Shown one piece after another: positions 12,747-23,960 of a stretch of 64,000 nucleotides of DNA (position 1 is the stretch's first letter; each line of letters opens with the position of its first letter). Position numbers and translations under genes: made by a program. The stretch lies in assembly GCA_030704615.1 (NCBI GenBank), contig CM060733.1:29760001-29824000 (forward strand), in the 5' to 3' direction. This DNA comes from Takakia lepidozioides. Taxonomy: Eukaryota > Plantae > Bryophyta. Under the pieces are notes generated by a model. That model saw only the letters and a program-made list of their open reading frames with translations, made no database searches and was not told where the DNA came from.

Positions 12747-14559
12747 CAATATCCCATATCTGCACCACTCCTAGTTTTCCTGTGGTCAATCACACCAACG
12801 AGGTACTTTTCGTTGCAGGATTTCAAAGAATCCATAGACAACAGATCTCATGGTTCCCATCTGTCAAGCCAAAGATCAGTCATACTACATGAAAATATGT
12901 GAACATCCACAAACAAGTTGACACACTCAGGATACAATTGCACTTCCTTCGATAGTGGCCAAGTATTGGTATCTGCACTTTTACGGCTGCCTGATTTGGC
13001 ATGATAACAACGGCACCACCTTGAACCGCCACATCCACCTAGACCCAGTACTTAAGGCCAAATAGCTGCTTTGGAGGGACAACGAATATTTCATGAGCCA
13101 TTTTAAAAATAATAATAATAATAATTACTCAACCGAAATGGATTACTCATTAGAATTACATATTCACATCACTATCTTCCAAAATTCCGAACACAAAGAC
13201 TAGCAGCATGTAACGCGATGAGAGTAACTGCGATAGATAGATAATTTTACATATAAAATTCAGCAGCATAAGCCAAGTGATACAAACATTAGGGTTCACT
13301 AGCCATAATACATAAGAATGTACAGTCAGAATTCTCAACAACGCGGAGTTAGCAGAACGTGTTGCTACTTCCTTTGTACGGGGCTTGGGCTGAATGATTA
13401 ATAACTATTTCGCTAAAACGATCAACGTAGGCAATATTAAGATCCAGTGGCTTTTCTCTACATGACTCTTCGTCAAAATATTATGGACCCCGCTTCAACT
13501 CGTCATGGAAATATCTTCGACTCTTTCCATAGTGGTTTCTTTCGGCATCAACATTGTCCGCCATAAAGCTTTACACCTACAACTCTATTTTAACTAATTC
13601 TGGACTTTTGTTTGGTCCAGAAATAATACAAGATATATGAATAATTATAATCTATAATAGAAATAAAGAGATTTGTGCACTATATAACAACAAATTATGT
13701 AATCCTCCACACATTCTACGCAAAAATATAAGTATGTATTGTGGTCTTAGATGAACATCCACTGCCAAGTTGACGTTCATTAAAAGGAATGGGGGAATGC
13801 AATGAATCAAACAATGATGAGAGCTCCGATATCCAAAATGACATACACAAACAAACATGAAATAATGGCAGAACCAAATATTAAACAATGATGGCATGTG
13901 ATGAACATGACAACATGGAAAAACGAGTTTGTCGGGATCTTATTGATGATATGAAACATTCATATTTTATTTGAGATTATATCATTCAAGGCGATGGACC
14001 AACAGAAAAATGAACATCAATTGTCCATCCGTTCATGGACTTAATGCCATACAAGCCATAGATTCTGAAGCCATAGAACCGTTACGGCCTATACTAACTC
14101 ATTAATAATACTGAGCCTCCTCCCAAATGGCTCGCAGTCAAGGCATGTGTCCGAAGACGCCTCCGGTTACCACAGCCACTTGCAACGGTCTCCGCTCCAG
14201 AGGACACGGAGATACTTTCAGGAAGGTGAAACCGGCTGACATTATCATCTGAAATGTTACTGCCAAACTCTACTTGATGCCCTTGAAGCCTCCCGGCACG
14301 CCCGCCATTCTTCCCAATCACGCAGCTCTTGTTCATCTTTTAGAATTCGTTCATTGAATGTAACTGGGGACAAGCAATGGAAATGACAAATGTTAGGCCC
14401 AAAGTGGAAGTTTTGCATATGGATATGTTGAGGTAAGAGTGCAAATGCAGCTGCAAAAGAATTGGAAAATCAAATTATGAACAAACAACAGAACAGTGGG
14501 ATGTACGTGCCTACCAAGGTAATCATGTTCCTTTTGTTGTGGGATCCAAATACGAGGAT

Positions 14560-15047
14560 CAAGATATCTTCCATACCAGGCCCAGCAGGCATGGTCTCGA
14601 CCAATAGGCTTATGAGAACACTTTGCCCGGTTCTCGCTAATGTAATCAACGACTGTTGAAGCTCCAGCCATCTCCGATATATATGGCCACACTGCTTTTG
14701 TCATATCATCCCGGTCATGCAATCCGTTTGGTGAAGGCTTGTATGTGAAAGGGAAAAATCCAGTATTTTGTGGGTTTCGCAGGCATTTTGATGGCTCATC
14801 ATCTACAAGAAGTATTTGCCCCTGCGTAGCAAACGATCTATCAGGGTACTTGACAATAACTGGCCACGTGAAAATGTTTCAATGCAAGGTCCAGAAACTC
14901 CAAGACTCCAGGCCGAGGCACCACAAACGGTCTGTCAGGAACTTGAAGTGTCACATTCCTGAAACGAAATTTCTTCTTAAACAGTTCACCGCCGGTTGGG
15001 GGTGGCCGGTAGCAGAGGAGTCCGTGGACACTCAAAATTAACAACAT
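14560..15047 (-). pseudogene. FCP1/NIF-like HAD domain 3 (degenerate motif I)
   Basis: LLILSVHGLL, VVPRPGVLEFLDLALKHFHV, QILLVDDEPSKCLRNPQN. Confidence 0.75.
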
Positions 15048-16749
15048 CCGTTTCCTCTTCCCCGCTGTTGCATGTAAAGGATGAGAGACAAAGTTATCCT
15101 AAGCAGGTTAATCACACACTGACATTAGTGTTTCTGCCATGAAAAATATACACGACCCAGAATGATTGAGTGTATGGAAGATCAATACAATTGTGCAGAA
15201 AATGGCAAAATACTACACAATGTTGTGGGCTTTGAATGTTTGAAGAGGAGGGTTAATATTGCTAGAAGATGAACGTCGACTGCCAAGTGGAGGTTCAGGA
15301 AAGTACCTTGTATAGAGGGAAATTGATGAAGGTATCGTGCTGCATCCTCGCCTGTTGAGAAAAGATGGAGGCAATTAGTGCATAACCAAACGAACAAAAA
15401 AGAGAAGAAAGTGAAGAAATGATATCGAATTATACCGATGTCGTCTTATTGGAAAGTCTCGCTGGCAAGCTTGACATCCGAATGGACGTGTTTTGACGAG
15501 ACCCCGGTATGTCCGAGGTATTCCTCTTCTTCCTCGAGTATGTTTTGTCTCTGATGAAGGACTTTTTTCTAGTGGAACCGATTTGTAGAAGAGATGGAAA
15601 TGGTTTGGGGGCCCTATTCCGCTTCCTCGATGCAGAACATTGCGCCAACACTGCAGGGTCGAGAAGCCAAGAAGTTGCAATTGAAGTCTCGTCCTTGTCC
15701 TCGTCGAAAGGGTTGCGGAGAAGAGGAACGGAATGGAAATTTTCCCTTGAGCACTCCACATCCTGAATGGAATTCATACGTAACGAAGGGATTACCTCGG
15801 AACAGATTTCCAATGAAGATGTCGTTTGACAAGAAGGTCACAATCCGCAGATTTTCTGGCCTGGATTAAAACAAGAACATCAGACCCAATACCAGGGAAA
15901 ACAAAAGGACGAGTTAGAATTCAGATATAAGTAATTTTACCTGACTCTTCTGATTTGGGCTATCCAACCTTCATGCAGGGGAGAGAAGGAGGGAAGAGAG
16001 ACAACAGTGTGCTGTGGAGCCGCAGCCTCAGCCGCTTCCTCAACGGATGACATTCTCGAGCTAGATTTCAGACCCTTGACACTTATCATGGAGGGTGAGG
16101 ATTGTAGAGTGAGGTCCACGAAATCCCCTGCACATTTATCAAGTTGGCTTCCATCTTCGACATTCAATCCTAAACGATCAAGCGACAGAACATCCTTTTC
16201 AGGAATGGACTGAAGAAGAGGGTCGTGCAATTGAAGGGAAGCCAAGTGCCTGGATGATGTTTCACCGTCGATGACAGAAATCTCAACAGTAGTGTGATTG
16301 TTGTCCCTCTGTGGACGAATTTCTGATATGGAGGATTCCAATGGAGGTCCCGACAAGAAGTTGGCATCAGCAGCATCGCCATGAACCTGCAGAAACGAAC
16401 TTACAAGGTCAATGTACAGAAACGGGAGGTTGTCGGATTTGAAGAAGCCCCCGAGACGAGTTTCGGAGAAGGCATGTATCTCAGAGGATCGGGATGGTAT
16501 AGGGTGGAGAAACGCATGGATGAGACTAGGAAATAGCAAACAATTCCATGTCAATTCAGATTGAAAAGGAAATCATAGTACACAACAGTTTTTATAGAAA
16601 AACAATACAACCTTTAAAAAAACCAATCAAAAATAAACATTGAATCACAGACGTGGTTGATCAATAAAATCTTTATTTTGAAGCATCATATCGGAGATTC
16701 CCGTAATTAGAATCATCAACATAATCCAGGAAAGGCTTAAACTTGGGAT

Positions 16750-17330
16750 CGGTGGAAACATTCTGACAAGGCTTAAGTCCTATCCTCTTTTCCCTGAGAT
16801 AACTGGAAACGGTGCGAGATTTCTTCATTTCAAGCAAATATTTCTGAAGAATCTTCTGGAGATAGCAAGAGTCCGTCTCAACGGATTCAAATGATTTTAG
16901 AATCAGACAGGATTCAGACGGGTTCACTGACCACCAAATCTTTGCCAGACCGTCATCAATGGTTTCAAGAACAGACTCGGCGGGTCGTATCCTGATATAA
17001 ACTGAGGGTGGACAGAAGTAGGACAGGAGATACAATCTTCCTGAGGCATAACAAATTCCGGCTGAGGAAGACCCCGAAGCATAAAGTCCAGGATAGGCTG
17101 CAAGTTCTTGTACATCATGCAACTCCATATACCTAGACGGAAATGTTTGTTCACCTCTGTCCACATCTCACGATATTTTTCCCGCCTATAGATAAGTCGA
17201 AATCCAACAAGAGCTGGTATCTTGTAGTCTGTCTCGGACATTCGGGGAACACTGTAGCTCTTCTGGTGCTTCAAGACTTTGCACAAAACTCCATTGAGGT
17301 CAAATATTATCAAGCACAATCCTTTCCCAA
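16750..17330 (-). pseudogene. FCP1/NIF-like HAD domain 2
   Basis: LIIFDLNGVL, HFRLGIWSCMMYKNLQPIL, QEDC, LFLKPLMTVW. Confidence 0.8.
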
Positions 17331-17559
17331 CTGGAGAAACTGGTGCTGCAATATGTGAGAAATTCATACATCCACTCAGGTGGTAATCAAGATAAACCAA
17401 GGACAGGATTGACATTTGGAGCAACGTCCACTGGACAGTCGAGGTTCAGGAAAATCTAGAGCAGCCATCTACATTTCAATCTGTTCCAAGGAAGCGTCAG
17501 GAATTCTTTTTGTTTTCTAAGATAAACTCGTCACTGCAAATCCCATAGCAAGAGGCATT

Positions 17560-18180
17560 TGACCTTTGGGTCATTATACGGTGGACATCCTATGAGTTTT
17601 TCCACGTTGAATATATCAACGTCTTTTCCGGATAACTGCAACTCTTCCAGGTGCGGTTTGAGTTCATCCAGAAGAAACTTGTCCTTGTATGGGTCGACGA
17701 GCGCTTTATATTTTGGAATGAAGATACCGATCGACTTTGGGTTCAAGTACGACTTATACATATTTTCTACTGTGTCGATAAGAAGTGTGTTTGATTTGTA
17801 CGCTACAGGGTTGTCTACAGTGAAAAGGTCGTAGAGACGTTTAAGATATATTGGCACTTTCGGATATTTGGGCCATTCGGCACTAAACGTATGTCTATGC
17901 TTCACGCAGTTCTCATTGCTGAATTCCCTGACCTTGTAAAACCTTCTTCCAAACAAAGCCAGCCCTATATCCAGGACATTTTCAATGGTCAGTGTTCCAA
18001 ATGTAAACCTTAAAATGCTTAAGGACCCATTTCAGGAAGTTGTCCAACCCATTTCGGACTGCAAGCTTGAATTTTCCAGCGCACACACAAGGATGGGTTG
18101 CGGGAGGGGATCTCGGGCCATTTCGGAGGTAAACCTCACCAAGGTAACCAACATCAAGAACCAGGACGTAGTATCTTGGT
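17560..18180 (-). pseudogene. FCP1/NIF-like HAD domain 1 (degenerate motif I)
   Basis: VLVLDVGYL, VRNGLDNFLKWVLKHFKVYIW, IYLKRL, NTLLID..YKSYLNP. Confidence 0.75.
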
Positions 18181-18789
18181 CGACATACTTTCGGTCCCTC
18201 AGAGAGGTGATACCAATCCTGTGGTATCACAGATTTGTGATGGTCGATTAGAGGGTGAATCATATCATCCTGTGGAATAACAGAACAATTAATTTATTTT
18301 GAAAACTAGAAGAAGGAAAAAAAAGAACATAGCTAAGATGGTTATGAGGTGTATACCCGTTTCGGGGAGGGATTTCGAATTTGCTGCTGTTGCTGCTTGC
18401 TCTCTTTTCCTTCGCGGTGAGCAATGACCATCTCCAACACATCTCCTCCATCTCGCAACGTCGACTGGGCAGTGGAGGTTGTTTGTATGACCGGATTAGT
18501 TGGGCTGGCCCTTATTGTTAAGTCCACCTGCCTCCGCACTGTTTGAGTCGCGATGGATTCTATCCAGGTTTGTGTGATTTCCTCCAATTTCCGTTCATAG
18601 ATCTATACGAGATTTCTTACCGTCAGTCACATGTAAAATTCAAGAAGGTGGGAAATATCAAGATACAGATCAGGTATTGGTAAAAACACAACCAGAACAC
18701 AACTAGATGCAATACACACAATTTGTTCCCTTTATAATGCTTAAAGACACCATAAATCTCCAGGTGTCATTCGTTACCTACATCCAAAT

Positions 18790-19040
18790 TGACATGTTGG
18801 GAGACACTTTGAGAGTGAGTTGGGCTCTGAGTTCGGCCTCTGCCTCTGTTGTTTTTTCTGGGAGACGGGCTTTTAGTCCTGCCTTTGTCACCACTGTCCA
18901 TTTTTGCGGGGGACGGGCTCTTAGTCCTCCCTCTGTGTCCGCTGTCTTTTGTGGGACAAGGGCTCTTTGTCCTCGCTCTCTCTACCCTCTCTTTGGCGGG
19001 AGACGGGGACATTGGCGCCGGCTCGTCCCCTTCTACAGGT
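18790..19040 (-). repeat. Coding minisatellite of about 33 bp encoding (R/K)GRTKSPSP units
   Basis: SPSPAK, RARTKSPCP, RGRTKSPSP, KGRTKSPSP and RGRTQSP in ORF 18767-19012. Confidence 0.8.
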
Positions 19041-19909
19041 TTGAACTAGTCTTCTGCACTCCCAACAATATTGCCGCCCACCTCCATTGAGCTCGCCTCC
19101 GCACCCCTTGATGGTGAAGCATGATTACTCTTAGTTCTCTCGCTTGAACTCGACGAATCCCCATCCAGAATCACGACCTTGTGGACCACAACGTCTTGGG
19201 TGATGTTCTCAATACCAAATTGTGACTGAGTTCTGAAGTCCTGAATCACATATAGGTGTCCAGCCTCCCAACGGTCTGCATTGTCACCAGCGTGGCCCTC
19301 GTTGTCCCCATTACCATCGATGCCCTCGTCCTCCTCTCCGTGTTCGGAATGTCCGCCGCCTTCTTCCAAGTCTTCATTTTCCTCCTCCTCATCCTTATCA
19401 TCGTCTCCGCCGTCAACCTCTTCAGCAACATTGTCATTCTCAATTTGAAGCTTCTTAAAATTCGCTTCAATTTTTCCTTTGCAAATTTTTTTTGGTTGAG
19501 TGGTTGATGTCAAGCACTCGAATGTTTCTTGCCTACAGATAAACCCAGTCAGTAAAACAGAGGACGTGTTGGATCAAAAATGTAAAATTCGTATATAAAA
19601 TGCAAAAAAGTTTTACACTTACATGAAGGGCGTACGTCAACATCACACCTCCGAAGATGTTGACAGCGGACATCCCGTCTCGACAAAACAGGGAGGCCAA
19701 ATAGTCGTATGTGTCAGCTCGTAGCTCATGATTATAAGTCCTGCACGAGGTGACTTTTATTCGTTGTCCCCTTTCATTTTTCAAAATATTGTGGATGATT
19801 TTATTCTTTTTGATGCCATCATGCTTTCTTGTTCTTCCACTTTGTAGAACCTCCACTGCCCAGTGGACGTTGACATTGCTGGGGAGTTGGGGTGCAGACA
19901 AATAGACTA

Positions 19910-21696
19910 CTCGGTTTGAAAAGAGTCTCGCAGCCAGCTATAAGCCGTATACAGAATCGAATATTTCCTAACGTGGAGGTTCGGAAAACAGGAAGCACCT
20001 TTGCTAAGTGCACATAATGCGAGATGTTCAAGGACTTGATCAAGAAGTCGATTAAGAGGAGTTACGAACAGGTCGCACATAAGCGGGCGCTTGATTTGCA
20101 CTTGAGGCATCAAGAGTCATGCAGAAGGCTGTACCATAGCTGGAGGAATGAGTCCGTTATGGTTCCGGAGGAGTTCCTATGTATTATTCATGATAAGATG
20201 GATCATAGGAAAACGACTATTCTGAGGCTACAGACGACGAACAAGATGGTCTCGGGATTGGGTCAGTTGCCTGTCTCATTGACAAGAATGGTTAAGCACG
20301 GACACGGAGATGGAGCTTACGCTCAATTTTCCCTTGAGTTCTGGAAAGACAATTCAAACTTCACAATTGGGTCATTGGCTTGGTGCTTGCGCCAACTGGA
20401 AAAGCCAACATGCCTAGACGACTTTATTTGCAGATGGACAACTCCTCTAAGGACAATAAGAACAGATGGATGCTTGCTTTCCTATCACTCCTCACTGCCT
20501 GAAGAGATCCAGCTTGGTTTTCTCATGGTCGGACACACCCATGAGGATATTGACGGATTCTTTAGCTATCTCTCGAAGAAGCTAAAGGAACGCAACACCT
20601 ACATTCTTCCGGATTTGATGAGGTCATTCATGATCTCCCAATATATGTAATTCATTCCTCAAATCATACAGGAGGTTCCCGACTTCAAGAAGTTTGTTAA
20701 AGGGTTGTATTCATGATGGAAATGAGGCTTTGGTCGGGATCTCAGAGATGCACGTCTTTCGATTTTTAAGGATGCGGATGGCTGGCCCGTTATGAAGTAC
20801 AAGAAGTCAGCTACTGATTCGGAGTGGCTTCCTACAAACTCCAGCGTTAAGATGTGGAAGTCCAATCCTGATGGGACTCCAAATCTCCCTGGAGGAGACC
20901 CAGATGTCGTTCCAAGAAGACCGATATGGGGAGTCAGGGATGACTCCTCAGAAAAACAGTCATTCATAAAAAATGATATTAAGAAATACAGAGATTTTTG
21001 GACCAAAAGAATGTTGTTTGACGATCATTACCGGGGTGTGATGGAACAATATGACCAATACTGGGGAAATATTCTCGCTGAACTTGATAAGCAAATGCAG
21101 GACATTCCGGATCGTATTCAGTTTCTTGAGGGATTTTAGCCGAAAACAAATTGGTCCTCAAACCATCGGAGGGATGACATCCAGCCACAGATACTGGAAG
21201 ATATGGAAGATGAGGATGAAGTTCCAGAACCTTACTGTGGCCCTAGGTGTGAGCGTCCAATGATACCCTTGAATCCGTTCAAGGATATTGAACAAGGGTT
21301 TTTTGTGTTCGTTCGCCCTCATGACCCAACAACGTGCCCGGTCTGGATGGGAATGGCAATTTCAGATGTCATCCGAGAAAGGGAAGATCCTAATTTTAAG
21401 AAAGTGAAGGTGGAGTGGTAGAGACCGAAGAAATGAGGTAACCCCTCAGACTTTTGAGAGGTACAGGGACTGTTGGTCAAAAGTTTGGGAGTACAACCCC
21501 TCAGATCCTGCTCAATGGATCCACGTGAACAATGTCGCGTGGACAATGCCGCCACGAAAAAATACGACAAGAAATAGCACCAAGAGAATTACAGAGGTGG
21601 AAGCAGTGAAGGCGCGCGCGAATTTGGAGGTTGCTAACCTTCAGCCAGATACCTGAAGGTTTCCTTCTTGCGAACCACTTTCCATCCATGGACTAA
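19910..21696 (+). pseudogene. Sola1-like (DUF7869-type) DDD transposase, 5'-truncated and disrupted
   Basis: FAKCxxC, CIIHDKMD, LYLQMDN..DNKN (frameshifted) and FLMVGHTHEDID, with stops and frameshifts. Confidence 0.85.
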
Positions 21697-22028
21697 ATCT
21701 TGAGGTTATTTCCGGTCTTTCATTTTAAGATATAAAAATTTCTTTACGCTTCTTTCCCTTCGTGTTTGCGTTGGGTGATCATTCATATTTTTATTTTTTT
21801 CTGTCACACTGAACCTCGAGTGGGCAATGGACGTTCATCTATTTTCTTTCTGTCATGTTGGACTCTGCACTGCTCTACATTCTGTTCATCTACATATACT
21901 CGTGACATGGGACATCTGGCTTACAAAACAGACAATGCACCCAAAAAAATAAAATGCTGGCACAACCCCTGGATTCTTTCTTTTCCAATCCGGTCTAAAT
22001 GTTTTTTTGCAATGTCTCGTTCTAGTGA

Positions 22029-22770
22029 GTGTGAGTCTTCCATATTTGTTTGTCCATTTATACCTTTACCATCACCTCTAAATCCTTACCCTTCGTTTTA
22101 CCCTTCCCTTAACCCTTCCATAGGCTTAAGCCAGACACTTAGTACCCTAAACCATTACTCTTACCATATACCAAAAACCTTTGTGTACTCCCATAAATCC
22201 AAACCCTAAACCCTTACCCTGGCCTTAATCCTTACCCTAAGATTAAGCCTGACACTTACTACCTTAAACCATTACTCTTACTATATACCAAAAACTAGGT
22301 TAGTATACTACCCTACTTACACTCCAAACCAAGTTATTGTACTATCATGTGTGAGTCTTCTATATTTGTTTGTCCCTTTGAACTACCCTAAATCCAAACC
22401 CTAAAATCCTTACCCATTCCTTTACCCTGGCCTTAATCCTTACCCTAAGCTTAAGCTTGACACTTACTACCATAAACATTAGTACTCTTACCATATACCA
22501 AAAACCAGGTTAGTGTACTACCCTACTTACACTCCAAACCAAGTTATTATACTACCATGTGTGAGTCTTCCATATTTGTTTGTCCCTTTCTACCCTAAAT
22601 CCAAACCCTAAACCCTTACCCTTCCCTTTACCCTTCCCTTAATAATCCTTACCCCAAGCTTAAGCGTGACCCTTAGAACCCTAAACCATTACTTTTACCA
22701 TATACCAAAAACCTTAGTGTAGTACCCTACTTATAATAAACTCCAAACCTTATTGTACTACCATGTTACC
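22029..22770 (+). repeat. Subterminal tandem array (units of about 120-210 bp) with telomere-like CCCTAAA/AAACCCTA motifs
   Basis: GTGTGAGTCTTC..TATTTGTTTGTCC recurs at about 22029, 22349 and 22559. AAACCCTAAA occurs at 22201, about 22396 and about 22603. Confidence 0.85.
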
Positions 22771-23476
22771 TCTTGTAAAATTTGTATCATTCTCTTTATG
22801 TTTTATTTAATTTTCAAGTTGGATAACGTATGATAGAATGATTACATGGATATCAAATTCCCCTTACATTTTTACATTCTACAGAGGTTTAAAGTCGTCC
22901 ATCTTTGTTTCTCTCTTTCTATCCTAAATCCTTCTCCGAGTCACCAGAAACTTGGACCTTATTGCACTTAATATATCTAATTGCACCCCAAACCTTATTT
23001 TACTGCCCTAGTAGGTCATCTTCCTAATGTTTCAAGCTATTTTAATATTTTACTGCCCTTCTCACACCCAAAACATCATTCCAATGGAATATTTGTGCTT
23101 GTCAACATGAAGATTCAATCAAAATTACTATCAACTTATATCAAGTATGGTAGAGTACTATGAGTCTATCCCATGTTCGATTCGACATATTTGTTTATCG
23201 TGATTATAACATAATGTAATATTACATCATTCGACTTCCCAGTCGACATTCAATGAATTGTTCAGTTACACTGCAACTTCACAAGCACTTCAATGTCAAA
23301 TGGACATCTTATATGTTACATTTTGAAGCAAATATGAGATCACTTGTAATCTCACAAAGTTCAATCACACATTACTATCCAATATATTATTAACATTTGA
23401 ATTAATTATAATTCAAATACATATTAAGTTTGGTCCGGATTTAAGCCAAAAGTCCAGAATTAGTTAAAATAGGGTT

Positions 23477-23960
23477 CTACGCATATTCATTCCCTTCCGC
23501 AAAAAACATACCCGATGTATAATTTGTCGATTTTAGCATTACTTACAGGCAGCTCGAGAATATACTTGTTAATTGCTTCCTAGACCGTTAGTGAAGATGA
23601 TAGATGAAGGCATTCTCGAAAATATTTGTGCGTCAAACAAACACGGTTTCTTAGATTTGCACTACCATACAGTGCGTACATTTCTTTCCCCTCTTCCATA
23701 TCATGCGCCATGACATTATGACTAAAAAACTTGAAATGCGGTTGTCCGTAATCCTTCAAAGAGTCTCCTAACATGCCTTTCCATGTGTGTAACCGAACTT
23801 GCCGCAATTTCCTATACATAACAGTATGTCCCAGTGGTGGACATATGTCCCACCCTGGATACGTTATCAGTTTGTTAACATGAAGAGTACTTGTAGTTAA
23901 TATTATGATTACCATTTGAAAATGTAAATGAGACATCATACCACTACGTTTGACAGCCAA
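23477..23960 (-). pseudogene. Unknown intronless coding sequence split by the Sola insertion, continuing at 13576 to about 13350
   Basis: The frame ...YFRECLHLSSSLTV*EAINKYILELPVSNAKIDKLYIGY... continues across the CTAC site into SFMADNVDAERNHYGKSRRYFHDELKRG. Several stops and one homopolymer frameshift. Confidence 0.4.

Larger units (their letters stand above)
14094..19905 (-). pseudogene. Sola accessory multi-exon gene: MTase-like fragment, acidic tract, RTKSPSP repeats, three FCP1/NIF-like HAD domains
   Basis: Co-oriented minus-strand ORF pieces with GT-AG introns (for example 19622-19533). HAD motifs are given in the domain features. Exon structure is approximate. Confidence 0.7.
13754..23250. 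promoter_or_regulatory. Dispersed 24-bp palindrome AACSTCSACTG-NN-CAGTSGASGTT (6 clear copies plus 1 degenerate)
   Basis: Copies at 13754-13777, 15272-15295, 17423-17446, 18457-18480, 19848-19871 and 21812-21835, degenerate at 23227-23250. All lie inside the Sola TIRs. Function is inferred. Confidence 0.75.
13581..23476. mobile_element. Sola1-type DNA transposon, 9.9 kb, with accessory cargo gene
   Basis: 30-bp TIRs at 13581-13610 and 23447-23476 (29/30 identical), 4-bp TSD CTAC on both sides, and a DDD transposase with GHTHEDID. A 4-bp TSD is characteristic of Sola. Confidence 0.88.

Noticed and set aside
12751-12760. USE-like ATCCCATATC
   Set aside because: No terminal G and no TATA at the required spacing.
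14010-14036. Additional copy of the 24-bp Sola palindrome
   Set aside because: The right arm is 3 bp short and poorly matching, so it was not counted.
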